Under the pieces are notes generated by a model. The model did no database searches and was not told the origin of the DNA. It saw only the letters and a list, made by a program, of their open reading frames with translations. Source: Thiobacillus denitrificans (GTDB lineage Bacteria; Pseudomonadota; Gammaproteobacteria; Burkholderiales; Thiobacillaceae). From it: a DNA stretch of 64,000 bases. Below, piece after piece: positions 49,703 through 58,880 of the stretch; the first letter of the stretch is position 1; the number at the start of each line of letters is the position of its first letter. The translations under genes were made by a program, and so were the position numbers. The DNA lies in the NCBI GenBank assembly GCA_002343685.1, contig DDRS01000021.1, positions 38,283-102,282 on the forward strand, given 5' to 3'.

Positions 49703-50737
49703 TCAGTGCGAGGTATCAAGGTTGTCCGACGGCGCGTCTTCCTCTGCCGCCGCGTGGCGTTCGCTCACGGTGTAGAGAATCTTGCGCACGATGGGCAGAA
49801 TGCGGTTGACCGAGCGTTCCAGCTGGTCGATGCGCTGCGTCAGCCGGGCACCATCTTCGCCATTCAGGCCGCCACCACCCTGGACATGATTGTTGACACC
49901 GGTTGTCCCGTGGAAATCCTGGTGTGCGACCTCGTTCTTCAGATCGGCAATCACCTCGGCCACTTCGGCCTCGCCAAAGTGGTTCTTCTCCTCGAGAAAG
50001 CCGAACAGCAGCAAGCGGTCGCAGGTGGTGTTGAGGCGCCGCGGAATGCCGCCGGTAAAACGGTGCAATTCGGCGAAGGCCTCGTCATCGAATCCCGGCG
50101 TGCCATGCCAGCCGACCGTACGCAGGCGGTGCTCGATGTAACCGCGCGTCTCGTCGGCATCGAGCGGCCCCAGATGGTAGGAGGCCACCACGCGCTGGCG
50201 TAGCTGCTGCATGTCCGGGCTTTGCAGAATGCCGCGGAATTCAGGCTGTCCCAGCAGGAAGGTCTGGATCAGCGAACGTTCGCTGGTCTGGAAATTGGAC
50301 AGCATGCGCAGCTCTTCCACGGCGCGCGGTGTCAGGTTCTGCGCCTCGTCCACCACCAGCAGCGCGCGCTTGCCCTGGCGCGCGGCCGCGGCCAGAAAAT
50401 CCTCCAGATTTTTCAGCAGTGCGGATTTGGTCAGGCCTTCGTGCTCCAGGCCGAACGATGCGGCCACGCTACGCAAGGTGTCCTCCGCATCCAGCTGGGT
50501 CGACACCAGCTGCGCCGCCACCAGATTGTGGGACTCGAGCTGACGGAACAGGTTACGTACCAGCGTGGTCTTGCCGGCACCGACCTCGCCGGTGATGACG
50601 ATGAATCCCTCGCCCAGCGACAGGCCGTAATCCAAGTAGGCCATCGCCCGCTTGTGGCCCTTGGAGCCGAAGAAAAATCGCGGATCGGGATTGAGCTGGA
50701 ACGGTTTGGCGCTAAAGCGGTAATAGTCTTCGTACAT
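49703..50737 (-). CDS. XrtA/PEP-CTERM-associated ExeA-like ATPase
   Basis: PFQLNPDP, GEVGAGKT Walker A, VVDEAQ Walker B, GGIPRRLN. Confidence 0.92.
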   Translation of the reverse strand: MYEDYYRFSAKPFQLNPDPRFFFGSKGHKRAMAYLDYGLSLGEGFIVITGEVGAGKTTLVRNLFRQLESHNLVAAQLVSTQLDAEDTLRSVAASFGLEHEGLTKSALLKNLEDFLAAAARQGKRALLVVDEAQNLTPRAVEELRMLSNFQTSERSLIQTFLLGQPEFRGILQSPDMQQLRQRVVASYHLGPLDADETRGYIEHRLRTVGWHGTPGFDDEAFAELHRFTGGIPRRLNTTCDRLLLFGFLEEKNHFGEAEVAEVIADLKNEVAHQDFHGTTGVNNHVQGGGGLNGEDGARLTQRIDQLERSVNRILPIVRKILYTVSERHAAAEEDAPSDNLDTSH

Positions 50738-50779
50738 GGACAATCCGTTGTCTGAGTGGAGGCACGGCGCACGGAATAA

Positions 50780-50795
50780 AGCAACCGCTGTGCCA
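50780..50795 (-). promoter_or_regulatory. Internal sigma-54 promoter upstream of ATPase
   Basis: Minus strand TGGCACAGCGGTTGCT, consensus match, in the short intergenic gap. Confidence 0.7.
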
Positions 50796-50809
50796 TGCAG
50801 GCGGATCGG

Positions 50810-52369
50810 TCAGAAGCGCATGTTGACCGACGCCGTAAGGCTGTTTTCGTCAAAGCTACTGGTGGAATTGTTTGAATCCCGTTGCTGATGTCGAAGCGTC
50901 AACGAACTCGATAACTTGGGGTCGAATTGATGGCTCACGCCTATGCTCGCAGTGTAGAGTTTGTCATTACGAGCGATAGTCGTCGCAAAGCCAAGACCAA
51001 GGCCAGGCGGTACCAAGGTATTGGTGTATCCTAAATTAGCATTCAAGGTAGTATGCGGTTGCAGGCGATAACTGTAAGTTGCAATAACGCCTCGGGTTTC
51101 ATCTTCGGGCATCCCCACAAGTTGTTGATATTGTCGACGCGTATCGAATACGTTAACTCCAAAATTGGATTTTCCCTTTGACCATGCCCCCCCTGCTCGC
51201 AGAGTTTTGCTAATAAAAATTCCATTAGCGAAACCAACTGACGTACTGCCTGGAGGTAACGACCCAATCAAAAGACAGCTTGTCCCATTTGGGGGCGGAA
51301 GCGTACCCATTGTTAACGCCAGGCCCTGATCACATATCCAATAGGAAATAGGTTCCGTATTTAGCAACAATTGGGAAATGTCACTCACGCCTTCGTTATA
51401 ACTAGCTGTCCAAACGGAATAATGCGTACGGTAATCAAAATCAAAACCGTATGTTCGACCGAAATAACTTTCACCAAATGATGCATTCATGCTTGTGCGA
51501 CGATTAGGTGCCCAGCCCATACCCACTGTCCAGGAGCCTCCACCAACCCCCGCACCCGGAGCGGCACTATATTTGTTGCTGTCATGGCCTACTGTGCCGA
51601 ATACACGGATAGTGTGGCTAAGCCTATAACCCAAGCTCGCGCCATAGTGCTCAAACTGAGTATCCTCCCCCCCCTGTACTGTTGCATCTCGCAGCCGGTA
51701 ATTCAGTCCCCATGAAAGCTCATTGAACTGGGTGCCGCTGTTTAAGGAAGCGTTGATTGAGTTTGAATTGATATTATTTGCCACGTTATTCTGAAACAAG
51801 GCACCTGACTGCGTATAGCGAACCTGCGCCCGTGCAAAGGTCCCCAGCCGCTGCTGGATGTAGGGGCTGATCGAGTAGGTGCCAACGGTGGTCCGGTTGC
51901 TGTTGTTGGTGGTGGCGTCGGCGGGCGACCCCAGCAGCGAGATCAACTGCTGCGAAATATTGGCGCTGCCGTCGATGAACAGGAAGTCCTGGACCAGTTC
52001 GGCTTTCCCAACCGCGTTGAGATTGTGATAGAAGTTGTCGCTCTGGTCGCCGCCGAAACGCTTCACGCCCGTCAGGCCGTATTGCAGACTGGCCTGCACC
52101 CGGCGCGAGCCTTCCGAGCGCAATGTGAAACCGGGTGTCGCGGTGAAGATCAAGGCGTCCTGCGTATTGCTCGAGCTCTGCTTGACGTTGTCGGTGTAGG
52201 TGGACGACGCATTCACATAGGGTCCGAAGCGCCAGTCGATGGCGTGGGCAGCCGGCGCGACGACCAGCGCCATGAGGACACCACACGCACCGGCACGGCG
52301 AATCGCCTTGTTCCGTGCCGCCGGCGCGCCGGGGCGGCGCTTACTTGCCGTAACTGCCATAGTAGCCAT
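50810..52369 (-). CDS. PEP-CTERM-associated outer-membrane beta-barrel protein
   Basis: Signal peptide, YTDN motif, alternating beta-strand pattern, C-terminal F; position between kinase and ATPase (TIGR03016-like). Confidence 0.85.
   Translation of the reverse strand: MATMAVTASKRRPGAPAARNKAIRRAGACGVLMALVVAPAAHAIDWRFGPYVNASSTYTDNVKQSSSNTQDALIFTATPGFTLRSEGSRRVQASLQYGLTGVKRFGGDQSDNFYHNLNAVGKAELVQDFLFIDGSANISQQLISLLGSPADATTNNSNRTTVGTYSISPYIQQRLGTFARAQVRYTQSGALFQNNVANNINSNSINASLNSGTQFNELSWGLNYRLRDATVQGGEDTQFEHYGASLGYRLSHTIRVFGTVGHDSNKYSAAPGAGVGGGSWTVGMGWAPNRRTSMNASFGESYFGRTYGFDFDYRTHYSVWTASYNEGVSDISQLLLNTEPISYWICDQGLALTMGTLPPPNGTSCLLIGSLPPGSTSVGFANGIFISKTLRAGGAWSKGKSNFGVNVFDTRRQYQQLVGMPEDETRGVIATYSYRLQPHTTLNANLGYTNTLVPPGLGLGFATTIARNDKLYTASIGVSHQFDPKLSSSLTLRHQQRDSNNSTSSFDENSLTASVNMRF
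50889..50904. promoter_or_regulatory. Candidate enhancer (UAS) copy inside barrel CDS
   Basis: TGTCGAAGCGTCAACG, 14/16 identical to 58732-58747; 94 bp from the sigma-54 site at 50795. Confidence 0.4.
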
Positions 52370-53273
52370 AGTAGTAGTCTGCGCCCGGGGTCGGCGTGGT
52401 CTTGTTCAGCAGCATGCCGACGACCTCGCACGATTGGATATGGCTCAAGGCTTCGCGTACCGCCTCCTGCGAGGTTTTTTCGGCTTCCACCACCATGACG
52501 ATCTGGCCCATGTGCGTGGCAAGTACGCTCGACTCGCTGGTCGCCAGCAGCGGCGGCGAATCGAACAGGATGATACGGTCGGGGTACCGGTTGCCGATGT
52601 CCTCGATGAGACGTGTCATGGCGGCACTCGCCAGCAGTTCGGTCGCGCGCTTGTAGGTGCGGCCAGCAGGCAACACGGTCAGCTTGGCGATGTCGGTCTT
52701 GATCAGCACGTCGGACAATTTGAGATCCTTGTCCTGCAGCACGTCGAGCAGACCTTTGTCCGCATGGATGCCGAGGTATTCGGGTACGCGCGGCTTGGCG
52801 ACGTCGGCGTCGATCAGCAGCACGGTGCGATCCATCTCCATCGCCATCGAGATCGCCAGGTTGATGGCGCAGAAGCTCTTGCCCTCGCCCGGCAGCGAAC
52901 TGGTGACCATGATGAGGTTGCCGTTCTTGACGCGCGCAGTGCCCTGGCCAAACGCATTGGCGATGAGCGGCCGCTTGATGATACGAAACTCTTCGGCGAT
53001 CTGGCTCTTTTCCGCATCCGGTGCGACCACGCCCATCCGATGCAAGCGCGCCAGGTTGATCGACTGCACCTGACTTCCGCCTTCCATCGCGAGGGTATCC
53101 GGTGCATTGAATATCGGTTCGACCGGTGTAGCCACAAAAGGCGCCGCATGGCTGCTACGTTGCTTGTTGAGCGCATTTTCGATCAGGCTGGCGTCGTGGC
53201 CGGGATCGCTCTGGGGAGCGGGATGCGGCGCGCCCGTGCCAATCTTGCCTGCTGCTTTTTCAATAATGCTCAT
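52341..53273 (-). CDS. XrtA-associated BY tyrosine autokinase (Wzc cytoplasmic part)
   Basis: EEFRIIKR, SSLPGEGKS, LIDAD, FDSPP, C-terminal tyrosine cluster YYYGYYGSY. Confidence 0.94.
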   Translation of the reverse strand: MSIIEKAAGKIGTGAPHPAPQSDPGHDASLIENALNKQRSSHAAPFVATPVEPIFNAPDTLAMEGGSQVQSINLARLHRMGVVAPDAEKSQIAEEFRIIKRPLIANAFGQGTARVKNGNLIMVTSSLPGEGKSFCAINLAISMAMEMDRTVLLIDADVAKPRVPEYLGIHADKGLLDVLQDKDLKLSDVLIKTDIAKLTVLPAGRTYKRATELLASAAMTRLIEDIGNRYPDRIILFDSPPLLATSESSVLATHMGQIVMVVEAEKTSQEAVREALSHIQSCEVVGMLLNKTTPTPGADYYYGYYGSYGK

Positions 53274-53281
53274 GGTTTCTC

Positions 53282-54817
53282 CTAGCCGGCGCGCGACACG
53301 AGCAGTTGCAGGACCATCACCGCGCCATAGGCGGCAATCAGGCTACCCAGTGCTGCCAGATACGTCAGCAGGCCTTTGCGTTTGCGGCGACGGGTTTCGT
53401 CGGTTTCCACCCTGGACACGGCGCCCAGCAGCGGCAAACCGGTCAGTTCGCGCAGGACACGGCGATCGGTCACGGTACGGCGCAGCTGGCTCAACAGGAA
53501 GGCCACGGCAATGCCGGCACCGAGTCCGCCCAGCGTCACCAGTGAAAGCAGCAGCGGACGGTTCGGCCATGCCGGCTGGCTCGGCACGAAGGGCGGATCG
53601 ATCACGCGGAAATCGACAGTGTCGGTCTTGCTCTCGACCTCGCCCGACATGGTGACCGACTCGCGGCGCTTGAGCAGGGCATCGTAGTTCTGCCGATACA
53701 CGTCGTAGTCGCGCATCAGCTGCGTATATTCCTGTTCCACCTGCGGAATCATGTTGGACGCATTGCGCAACTCGGCATAACGGCGTTGATATTCCGCCAC
53801 GCGTGCACGCAGAGAGGACACATTGGCGTCCGCTTCGGCGATGGAGAGCGTGAGCTGCTGATAAACCGGATTCTGAATCTTCGAGCCCGACGGGTCGGCC
53901 TTGTGCTTCGCCAGATCGGCCTTCTTCTCCGCTTCCAGTTTTTCGATCAGGCGCTTGGTCGCCTGGACATCGGGATGCAGGTCGGTGTATTGCAGGCGCA
54001 TTTGATCCATCTGCTTTTGCAAAGCCTGGATACGGTCGTCGATCTCGCTGTTGGTCGCACCCGCTGCCGCCGCTGCAGTCAGCTCGGGTTCCTCGTCCGA
54101 CAGCTGGCGCTTCAACTGGTCGCGGCGGTTGATCGCTTCCTGCTGGTCCAGCTGGGCCTGCCGCAACTGGGTGCTCACCTCGGCCAGCTTGGCGTAATAG
54201 TCGCCTCCCTGCCCCGGCATCATGCCGATATGTTTCTGCTTGAATTCCTTGAGCGCGTTCTCGGCGTCGGTCAGTTTCTGCTGATACTGCTGCAACTGCT
54301 CTTCGATGAAGCGCTGCGAACTGGAAATATCCTGGCGCGTCTTGCCGAGACTGGATTCCACGAAAATGGTCAGCAACGACTGCACGACCTTCTTGGCCAG
54401 TTCGCCGTTGGCATCCTGATAACTGATGGTGTAGAGATTCTCTCGCCCCGCATCGGCGATGGAAATCTTGCTCGCCAGGTCGTTCAACATCCGCTCGGTC
54501 TGTTCGGACGTCTTCGCCTTGACGTCCAGGTCGGTCATGCGCGCAACTTTTTCCAGCGTCGGTCGGCTTACCAGTTGACGCGTCATCAGCTTGATCTGCT
54601 GCTCGACGTTAGGCTCGGCCGCCAGTCCCGACAACAGCGGCTTCAACAGGGTTTGCGTATCCACATAGACGCGCGCCGACGCCTGGTAGCGGTCCGGGAT
54701 CATCATCACCCAGGTCCAGCCGACGACGCATACCAGCCAGGCCGTCGCCACGCCCCACCAGCGACGGTGCCAGGCGGCTTTGGCATAGCCAAAAATTTGC
54801 TGCAACAATTGATCCAT
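53282..54817 (-). CDS. XrtA polysaccharide chain-length determinant (Wzc membrane part)
   Basis: Two TM segments flanking a coiled coil, YTDLHPDV, FRVIDPP, PNR. Confidence 0.92.
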   Translation of the reverse strand: MDQLLQQIFGYAKAAWHRRWWGVATAWLVCVVGWTWVMMIPDRYQASARVYVDTQTLLKPLLSGLAAEPNVEQQIKLMTRQLVSRPTLEKVARMTDLDVKAKTSEQTERMLNDLASKISIADAGRENLYTISYQDANGELAKKVVQSLLTIFVESSLGKTRQDISSSQRFIEEQLQQYQQKLTDAENALKEFKQKHIGMMPGQGGDYYAKLAEVSTQLRQAQLDQQEAINRRDQLKRQLSDEEPELTAAAAAGATNSEIDDRIQALQKQMDQMRLQYTDLHPDVQATKRLIEKLEAEKKADLAKHKADPSGSKIQNPVYQQLTLSIAEADANVSSLRARVAEYQRRYAELRNASNMIPQVEQEYTQLMRDYDVYRQNYDALLKRRESVTMSGEVESKTDTVDFRVIDPPFVPSQPAWPNRPLLLSLVTLGGLGAGIAVAFLLSQLRRTVTDRRVLRELTGLPLLGAVSRVETDETRRRKRKGLLTYLAALGSLIAAYGAVMVLQLLVSRAG

Positions 54818-54868
54818 GTGGACGTTCCGCCATCAAGAAGCGCCGCCCAACGGCGGCGCAGACACGTT

Positions 54869-55498
54869 TTAGAACAGGCTTTCCGGCACGACCAGCACGT
54901 CACCCGGCCGCATGTCGACGTTGGCCGACGTATCGCCGCCGCGCAGCAGGTCGTCAAGTCGCACGCCCAGACGTTCCTGCTTGCCGTCCACAGTACGCAG
55001 GATGTAGGCCTTGTTGCCTGCTGCGAAATCGGTCAGTCCGCCCACCGAGATCATCAGGTCGATCAGGCTCATATGCTCGCGGTAGTTCAGCGCCTGCGGC
55101 TTGGCCGCTTCGCCCACGACACGGATCTGCTGATCGAACGGACCGATGCCGCCCGAGACGATGACGGTGACGATGGGTTCCTGGATGTATTTGCCGAGCG
55201 CCTTCTCGATATCGCGCGCCAGCTGGGTGGGGGTCTTGCCGGATGCCTGGATATCCTCGACCAGATTCATGGTCATCTTGCCGTCAGGACGGACCGGGAA
55301 CGTTCCGGAGACTTCGGGATTGCGCCAGACGAAGACCTGGACCGAATCACCCGGGCCGATCAGGTAATTCCAGTTGTAACTTCCCGTCTGCGCAGGGGCG
55401 GGCGGATAGGTCGGCGTGCTGGAGCAGCCTGCCATGGCAGCGACGGCCAGCATGACGCCAGCACGCGCAAGATGCTTCTTGATCGTAAACATGTCCAT
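54869..55498 (-). CDS. Wza-like polysaccharide export lipoprotein
   Basis: Lipobox MAGC, YLIGPGD, VRPDGK, SLBB motif GGLTDFA, PESLF. Confidence 0.93.
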   Translation of the reverse strand: MDMFTIKKHLARAGVMLAVAAMAGCSSTPTYPPAPAQTGSYNWNYLIGPGDSVQVFVWRNPEVSGTFPVRPDGKMTMNLVEDIQASGKTPTQLARDIEKALGKYIQEPIVTVIVSGGIGPFDQQIRVVGEAAKPQALNYREHMSLIDLMISVGGLTDFAAGNKAYILRTVDGKQERLGVRLDDLLRGGDTSANVDMRPGDVLVVPESLF

Positions 55499-55574
55499 CC
55501 TCCCTTATATGCCGTTAATCCGCTGGCATTATGCCAGAGCGGACTAGAAAACTGGTGTCAACGCAAAGACTGCT

Positions 55575-55591
55575 AGCAAGCCGCAGGCCAA
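55575..55591 (-). promoter_or_regulatory. Sigma-54 promoter at head of EPS core operon
   Basis: Minus strand TTGGCCTGCGGCTTGCT (GG-N10-GC). Confidence 0.65.
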
Positions 55592-55653
55592 ATCGGAATT
55601 TCCCCGAAATCCCCACCACGCCGCGATTTACGCGCCACCCGCCATGGCTGGAG

Positions 55654-55669
55654 CGTCGGTTGCTCGACA
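55654..55669 (-). promoter_or_regulatory. Candidate enhancer (UAS) for EPS operon
   Basis: Minus strand TGTCGA-GCAA-CCGACG; both arms identical to 58732-58747. Confidence 0.55.
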
Positions 55670-55711
55670 GCGATGTCGTAAGTCTGTCGCCTGCCGCGCT
55701 ATTATGCCAAC

Positions 55712-56098
55712 ATGAGCACGCGTGAAATCGACAGTCTAGACACCCTGCGCCAGCATATTCGAGATTTCGCGCTGGCACGCGCATGGGAGCGTTACCATAC
55801 CCCCAAGAATCTGGCCATGGCGCTTTCCGTGGAAGCGGCGGAACTGCTCGAACCTTTCCAGTGGCTAACGGCAGAACAGAGCGGACAGTTGAGTCCGGAA
55901 CAGCACGAAGCGGTACGCCAGGAAATCGCCGACGTGCTGATCTACCTGACCCGGCTGGCCGACCTGCTGGACATCGACCTGCTCGACGCCGCCGCCGACA
56001 AGCTGGCGATCAATGCACGCAAATACCCGGTCGACAAGGCGCATGGCAACGCGCTCAAATACTCAGCCTTCCAACCCGATCAAGACAACCCAGAATGA
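55712..56098 (+). CDS. MazG-like nucleotide pyrophosphohydrolase
   Basis: WERYHTPKNL, EAAELLE.FQW, EIADVLIYL, KYPV. Confidence 0.9.
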   Translation: MSTREIDSLDTLRQHIRDFALARAWERYHTPKNLAMALSVEAAELLEPFQWLTAEQSGQLSPEQHEAVRQEIADVLIYLTRLADLLDIDLLDAAADKLAINARKYPVDKAHGNALKYSAFQPDQDNPE

Positions 56099-56412
56099 CC
56101 AACCAGTACTACAAGCACCATGTTTTTTTCTGCACCAACCAGCGTGACGACGGCGCAAAATGCTGCGGCGCGTCCGGCGGGCAGCAGATGCGCGACTACC
56201 TGAAGAAAAAGGTCAAGCACGCTCATCTCAACGGCGAAGGCAAGTGTCGGATCAACAGCGCCGGCTGTCTCGACCGCTGCGACGAGGGCCCGCTGCTGGT
56301 CGTGTACCCGGAAGGCATCTGGTATACCTATGTGGATGAAGCCGATATCGACGAAATATTCGAGGCCCACCTCAAGCAGGGGCGTATTGTCGAGCGCTTG
56401 CAATTGAAGTGA
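56095..56412 (+). CDS. Thioredoxin-like [2Fe-2S] ferredoxin
   Basis: HVFFCTNQR..CC, GCLDRC..GP..VVYPEGIWY; ATG 56095 overlaps previous stop. Confidence 0.92.
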   Translation: MTNQYYKHHVFFCTNQRDDGAKCCGASGGQQMRDYLKKKVKHAHLNGEGKCRINSAGCLDRCDEGPLLVVYPEGIWYTYVDEADIDEIFEAHLKQGRIVERLQLK

Positions 56413-56434
56413 CGCGGCCGAGCGGAACGGCCAA

Positions 56435-57037
56435 ATGAAGCGTTATAAGCTACGCATCCCGGTATCCGTAGGTAAGCTGGAAACCGTGATCGACGATCCC
56501 GAGACCGAACGCCGCGGCCTGCTGCTGGTCGCCCATCCGCACCCCTTGCATGGCGGCAGTCTCGACAACAAGGTGGTGACGACCCTGGCCAAGGCGGCCA
56601 ACGAGGCCGGCTGGATCAGTGTACGCCCGAATTTCCGCGGCGTCGGCATGAGCGACGGCGAATTCGACGCTGGCGTCGGCGAAACCGAGGACCTGCTCGC
56701 GGTCGCCCGCTTCGTCGAAGCCAGCTACCCCGGCCTGCCGTGGGCATTGGCCGGTTTCTCGTTCGGCGCCTTCGTGCAGCATCGGCTGCGCCAGGAACTC
56801 CATGCAAAACGCCTGATCCTGGTCGCCCCGGCGGTCACCATGTACGAATTCGATCCGGTTCCACCCGACACAATTGTGATTTTTGGCGATGCCGACGAAC
56901 TCATCCCGCCCACCGCGATCCGGCTGTGGGCCGAGCAGCAGCAGCTTGCGGTGAAAGCCATCCCCGACGCCGGGCATTTCTTCCATGGCAAGCTGAAGGA
57001 ACTGAAGCAGGCGTTTCTGGAGGCCTGTCCATGCTGA
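56435..57037 (+). CDS. Alpha/beta hydrolase
   Basis: [25 protein letters not shown]. Confidence 0.9.
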   Translation: MKRYKLRIPVSVGKLETVIDDPETERRGLLLVAHPHPLHGGSLDNKVVTTLAKAANEAGWISVRPNFRGVGMSDGEFDAGVGETEDLLAVARFVEASYPGLPWALAGFSFGAFVQHRLRQELHAKRLILVAPAVTMYEFDPVPPDTIVIFGDADELIPPTAIRLWAEQQQLAVKAIPDAGHFFHGKLKELKQAFLEACPC

Positions 57038-57936
57038 AGGTACGCGGCCTGACAAAAAAATATGGCGATACCGAAGTGGTGCGCGGCCTCGACCTGACTG
57101 TGCGGCGCGGCGAGTGTTTCGGCCTGCTCGGGCCCAACGGCGCCGGCAAGACCACCACGCTGCGCCTGCTGCTGGGCCTGATCGAGCCGGATGGCGGCAG
57201 CATCGAACTGGCCGGCATTGCAGTACCACAACGCGCGCGCGAGGCCCGCATGAAAGTCGGTGTGGTGCCGCAGATGGACAACCTCGACCCGGATTTTTCG
57301 GTACGCGAAAACCTGCTCGCCTACGGCCGTTATTTCGGCATGAGCAAGGCCGCCGTCGCGGCACGCGTGCCGGAGTTGCTCGATTTCGCTGGTCTCGCCA
57401 GCAAGGCCGACGCGCAGATCGCCCAACTGTCGGGCGGCATGAAACGACGCCTCACACTCGCCCGCGCACTGGTGCACGACCCCGACATCCTGTTTCTCGA
57501 CGAGCCCACCACCGGACTCGATCCGCAGGCGCGCCATCTTATCTGGCAGGGCCTGCGGCGGCTGATCAACGCCGGCAAGACCATCGTGCTGACCACGCAT
57601 TTCATGGACGAGGCCGAACGCCTCACCGACCGTCTCGCCATCCTCGACCACGGCCGCGTCGTGGCCGAAGGCGCACCCCGCGCGCTGATCGAAACGCATA
57701 TCGAACCGGCAGTGGTCGAAGTGTTCGGCGAGGGTCTGGCCGATTGGACTGGCCAGCACGCGGCTAATCTATGCCAGCGCTTCGAGACCGTCGGCGAAAC
57801 GCTGTTCTGCTACACCAGTACGCCCGACATCGTGATCGACGCACTCAGGCACGCTCCGGCCTTGCGTTACCTGCACCGCCCGTCAAACCTGGAAGACGTG
57901 TTCCTCAAGCTCACCGGGCGCGACTTGAGGGATTGA
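57031..57936 (+). CDS. ABC-2 exporter ATPase (NodI-like)
   Basis: [41 protein letters not shown]. Confidence 0.93.
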   Translation: MLKVRGLTKKYGDTEVVRGLDLTVRRGECFGLLGPNGAGKTTTLRLLLGLIEPDGGSIELAGIAVPQRAREARMKVGVVPQMDNLDPDFSVRENLLAYGRYFGMSKAAVAARVPELLDFAGLASKADAQIAQLSGGMKRRLTLARALVHDPDILFLDEPTTGLDPQARHLIWQGLRRLINAGKTIVLTTHFMDEAERLTDRLAILDHGRVVAEGAPRALIETHIEPAVVEVFGEGLADWTGQHAANLCQRFETVGETLFCYTSTPDIVIDALRHAPALRYLHRPSNLEDVFLKLTGRDLRD

Positions 57937-57940
57937 GCAC

Positions 57941-58726
57941 ATGAGCCATTTTTTCCACCTCCCCCATCTGTCGGGACGCTTCATTCCGGTATGGCAGCGC
58001 AACTATCTGGTGTGGAAGAAGCTCGCCATCCCGTCCATCCTCGGCAACCTGGCCGACCCGATGCTGTACATGCTCGGATTGGGCTACGGCCTCGGCAGCC
58101 TGCTGCCTGACGTCGGCGGCATGCCATACCTGACTTTCCTCGCTGCCGGCACCGTGGCCTACAGCACGATGAACGCAGCCACCTTCGAGGTGCTGTATTC
58201 GAGCTTCTCGCGCATGCACGTACAGCGCACCTGGGATGCGATCCTCAACGCGCCGATGACGCTCGACGACGTGATGCTGGGCGAACTGACCTGGGCCGCC
58301 TCCAAAAGCCTGCTCTCCGGCGTGGCGATCCTGGCGGTGATCTGGGGACTGGGGCTCTACGGGAACTTCTGGATGACGCTGTGGATCGTCCCCGTCGTCG
58401 CCCTGGTCGGCTTCTGCTTCGGCGGCATGGGATTGGTGATGAACGCGGTGTCGCCCAGCTACGACTTCTTTCTGTATTACTTCACGCTGGTGATCACGCC
58501 GATGGTGCTCTTGTGCGGGGTGTTCTTCCCCGTATCGCAACTGCCTGCGGCCGTGCAAGGCGTGTCCGCCTGGCTACCGCTCACCCACGCCATCGACCTC
58601 GCTCGACCGCTGGTCGTCGGCACCGTGCCAGACAACATCGCGCTGCACGTGATCGCGCTGCTGGTTTACGGCAGCCTCGGCTACATCGTCGCGCTGGCAC
58701 TCACCCGCAGACGGCTCCTGAAATAA
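57941..58726 (+). CDS. ABC-2 exporter permease (NodJ-like)
   Basis: WQRNYLVW, YLTFLAAG, GVFFP, LPLTHAI; about 6 TM segments. Confidence 0.92.
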   Translation: MSHFFHLPHLSGRFIPVWQRNYLVWKKLAIPSILGNLADPMLYMLGLGYGLGSLLPDVGGMPYLTFLAAGTVAYSTMNAATFEVLYSSFSRMHVQRTWDAILNAPMTLDDVMLGELTWAASKSLLSGVAILAVIWGLGLYGNFWMTLWIVPVVALVGFCFGGMGLVMNAVSPSYDFFLYYFTLVITPMVLLCGVFFPVSQLPAAVQGVSAWLPLTHAIDLARPLVVGTVPDNIALHVIALLVYGSLGYIVALALTRRRLLK

Positions 58727-58731
58727 GCGGG

Positions 58732-58747
58732 TGTCGAAGCGCCGACG
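58732..58747 (+). promoter_or_regulatory. Candidate enhancer (UAS) for PEP-CTERM gene
   Basis: TGTCGA-AGCG-CCGACG, 84 bp upstream of sigma-54-like site. Confidence 0.55.
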
Positions 58748-58830
58748 ACCGCGTCGGCCCATGGACGCAACAGGCAACTGGAAAACGGCATGCCGCCCGG
58801 CTTGACGCGGGTTACGGTCCATTTGACCAC

Positions 58831-58846
58831 GGGTACGGGAATTGCG
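58831..58846 (+). promoter_or_regulatory. Sigma-54-like promoter of PEP-CTERM gene
   Basis: GGGTACGGGAATTGCG (GG-N10-GC with TTGC), 35 bp above ATG 58881. Confidence 0.5.
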
Positions 58847-58863
58847 AAGTCATTCGCAATTCC
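58838..58863. repeat. Perfect 11-bp inverted repeat
   Basis: GGAATTGCGAA-GTCA-TTCGCAATTCC. Confidence 0.9.
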
Positions 58864-58880
58864 TCCCTCAGATCTTCGCC

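Noticed and set aside
57031..58726. Nodulation (Nod factor) export
   Set aside because: NodI/NodJ-like ABC-2 pairs are widespread in non-rhizobial Betaproteobacteria and no nodABC is present
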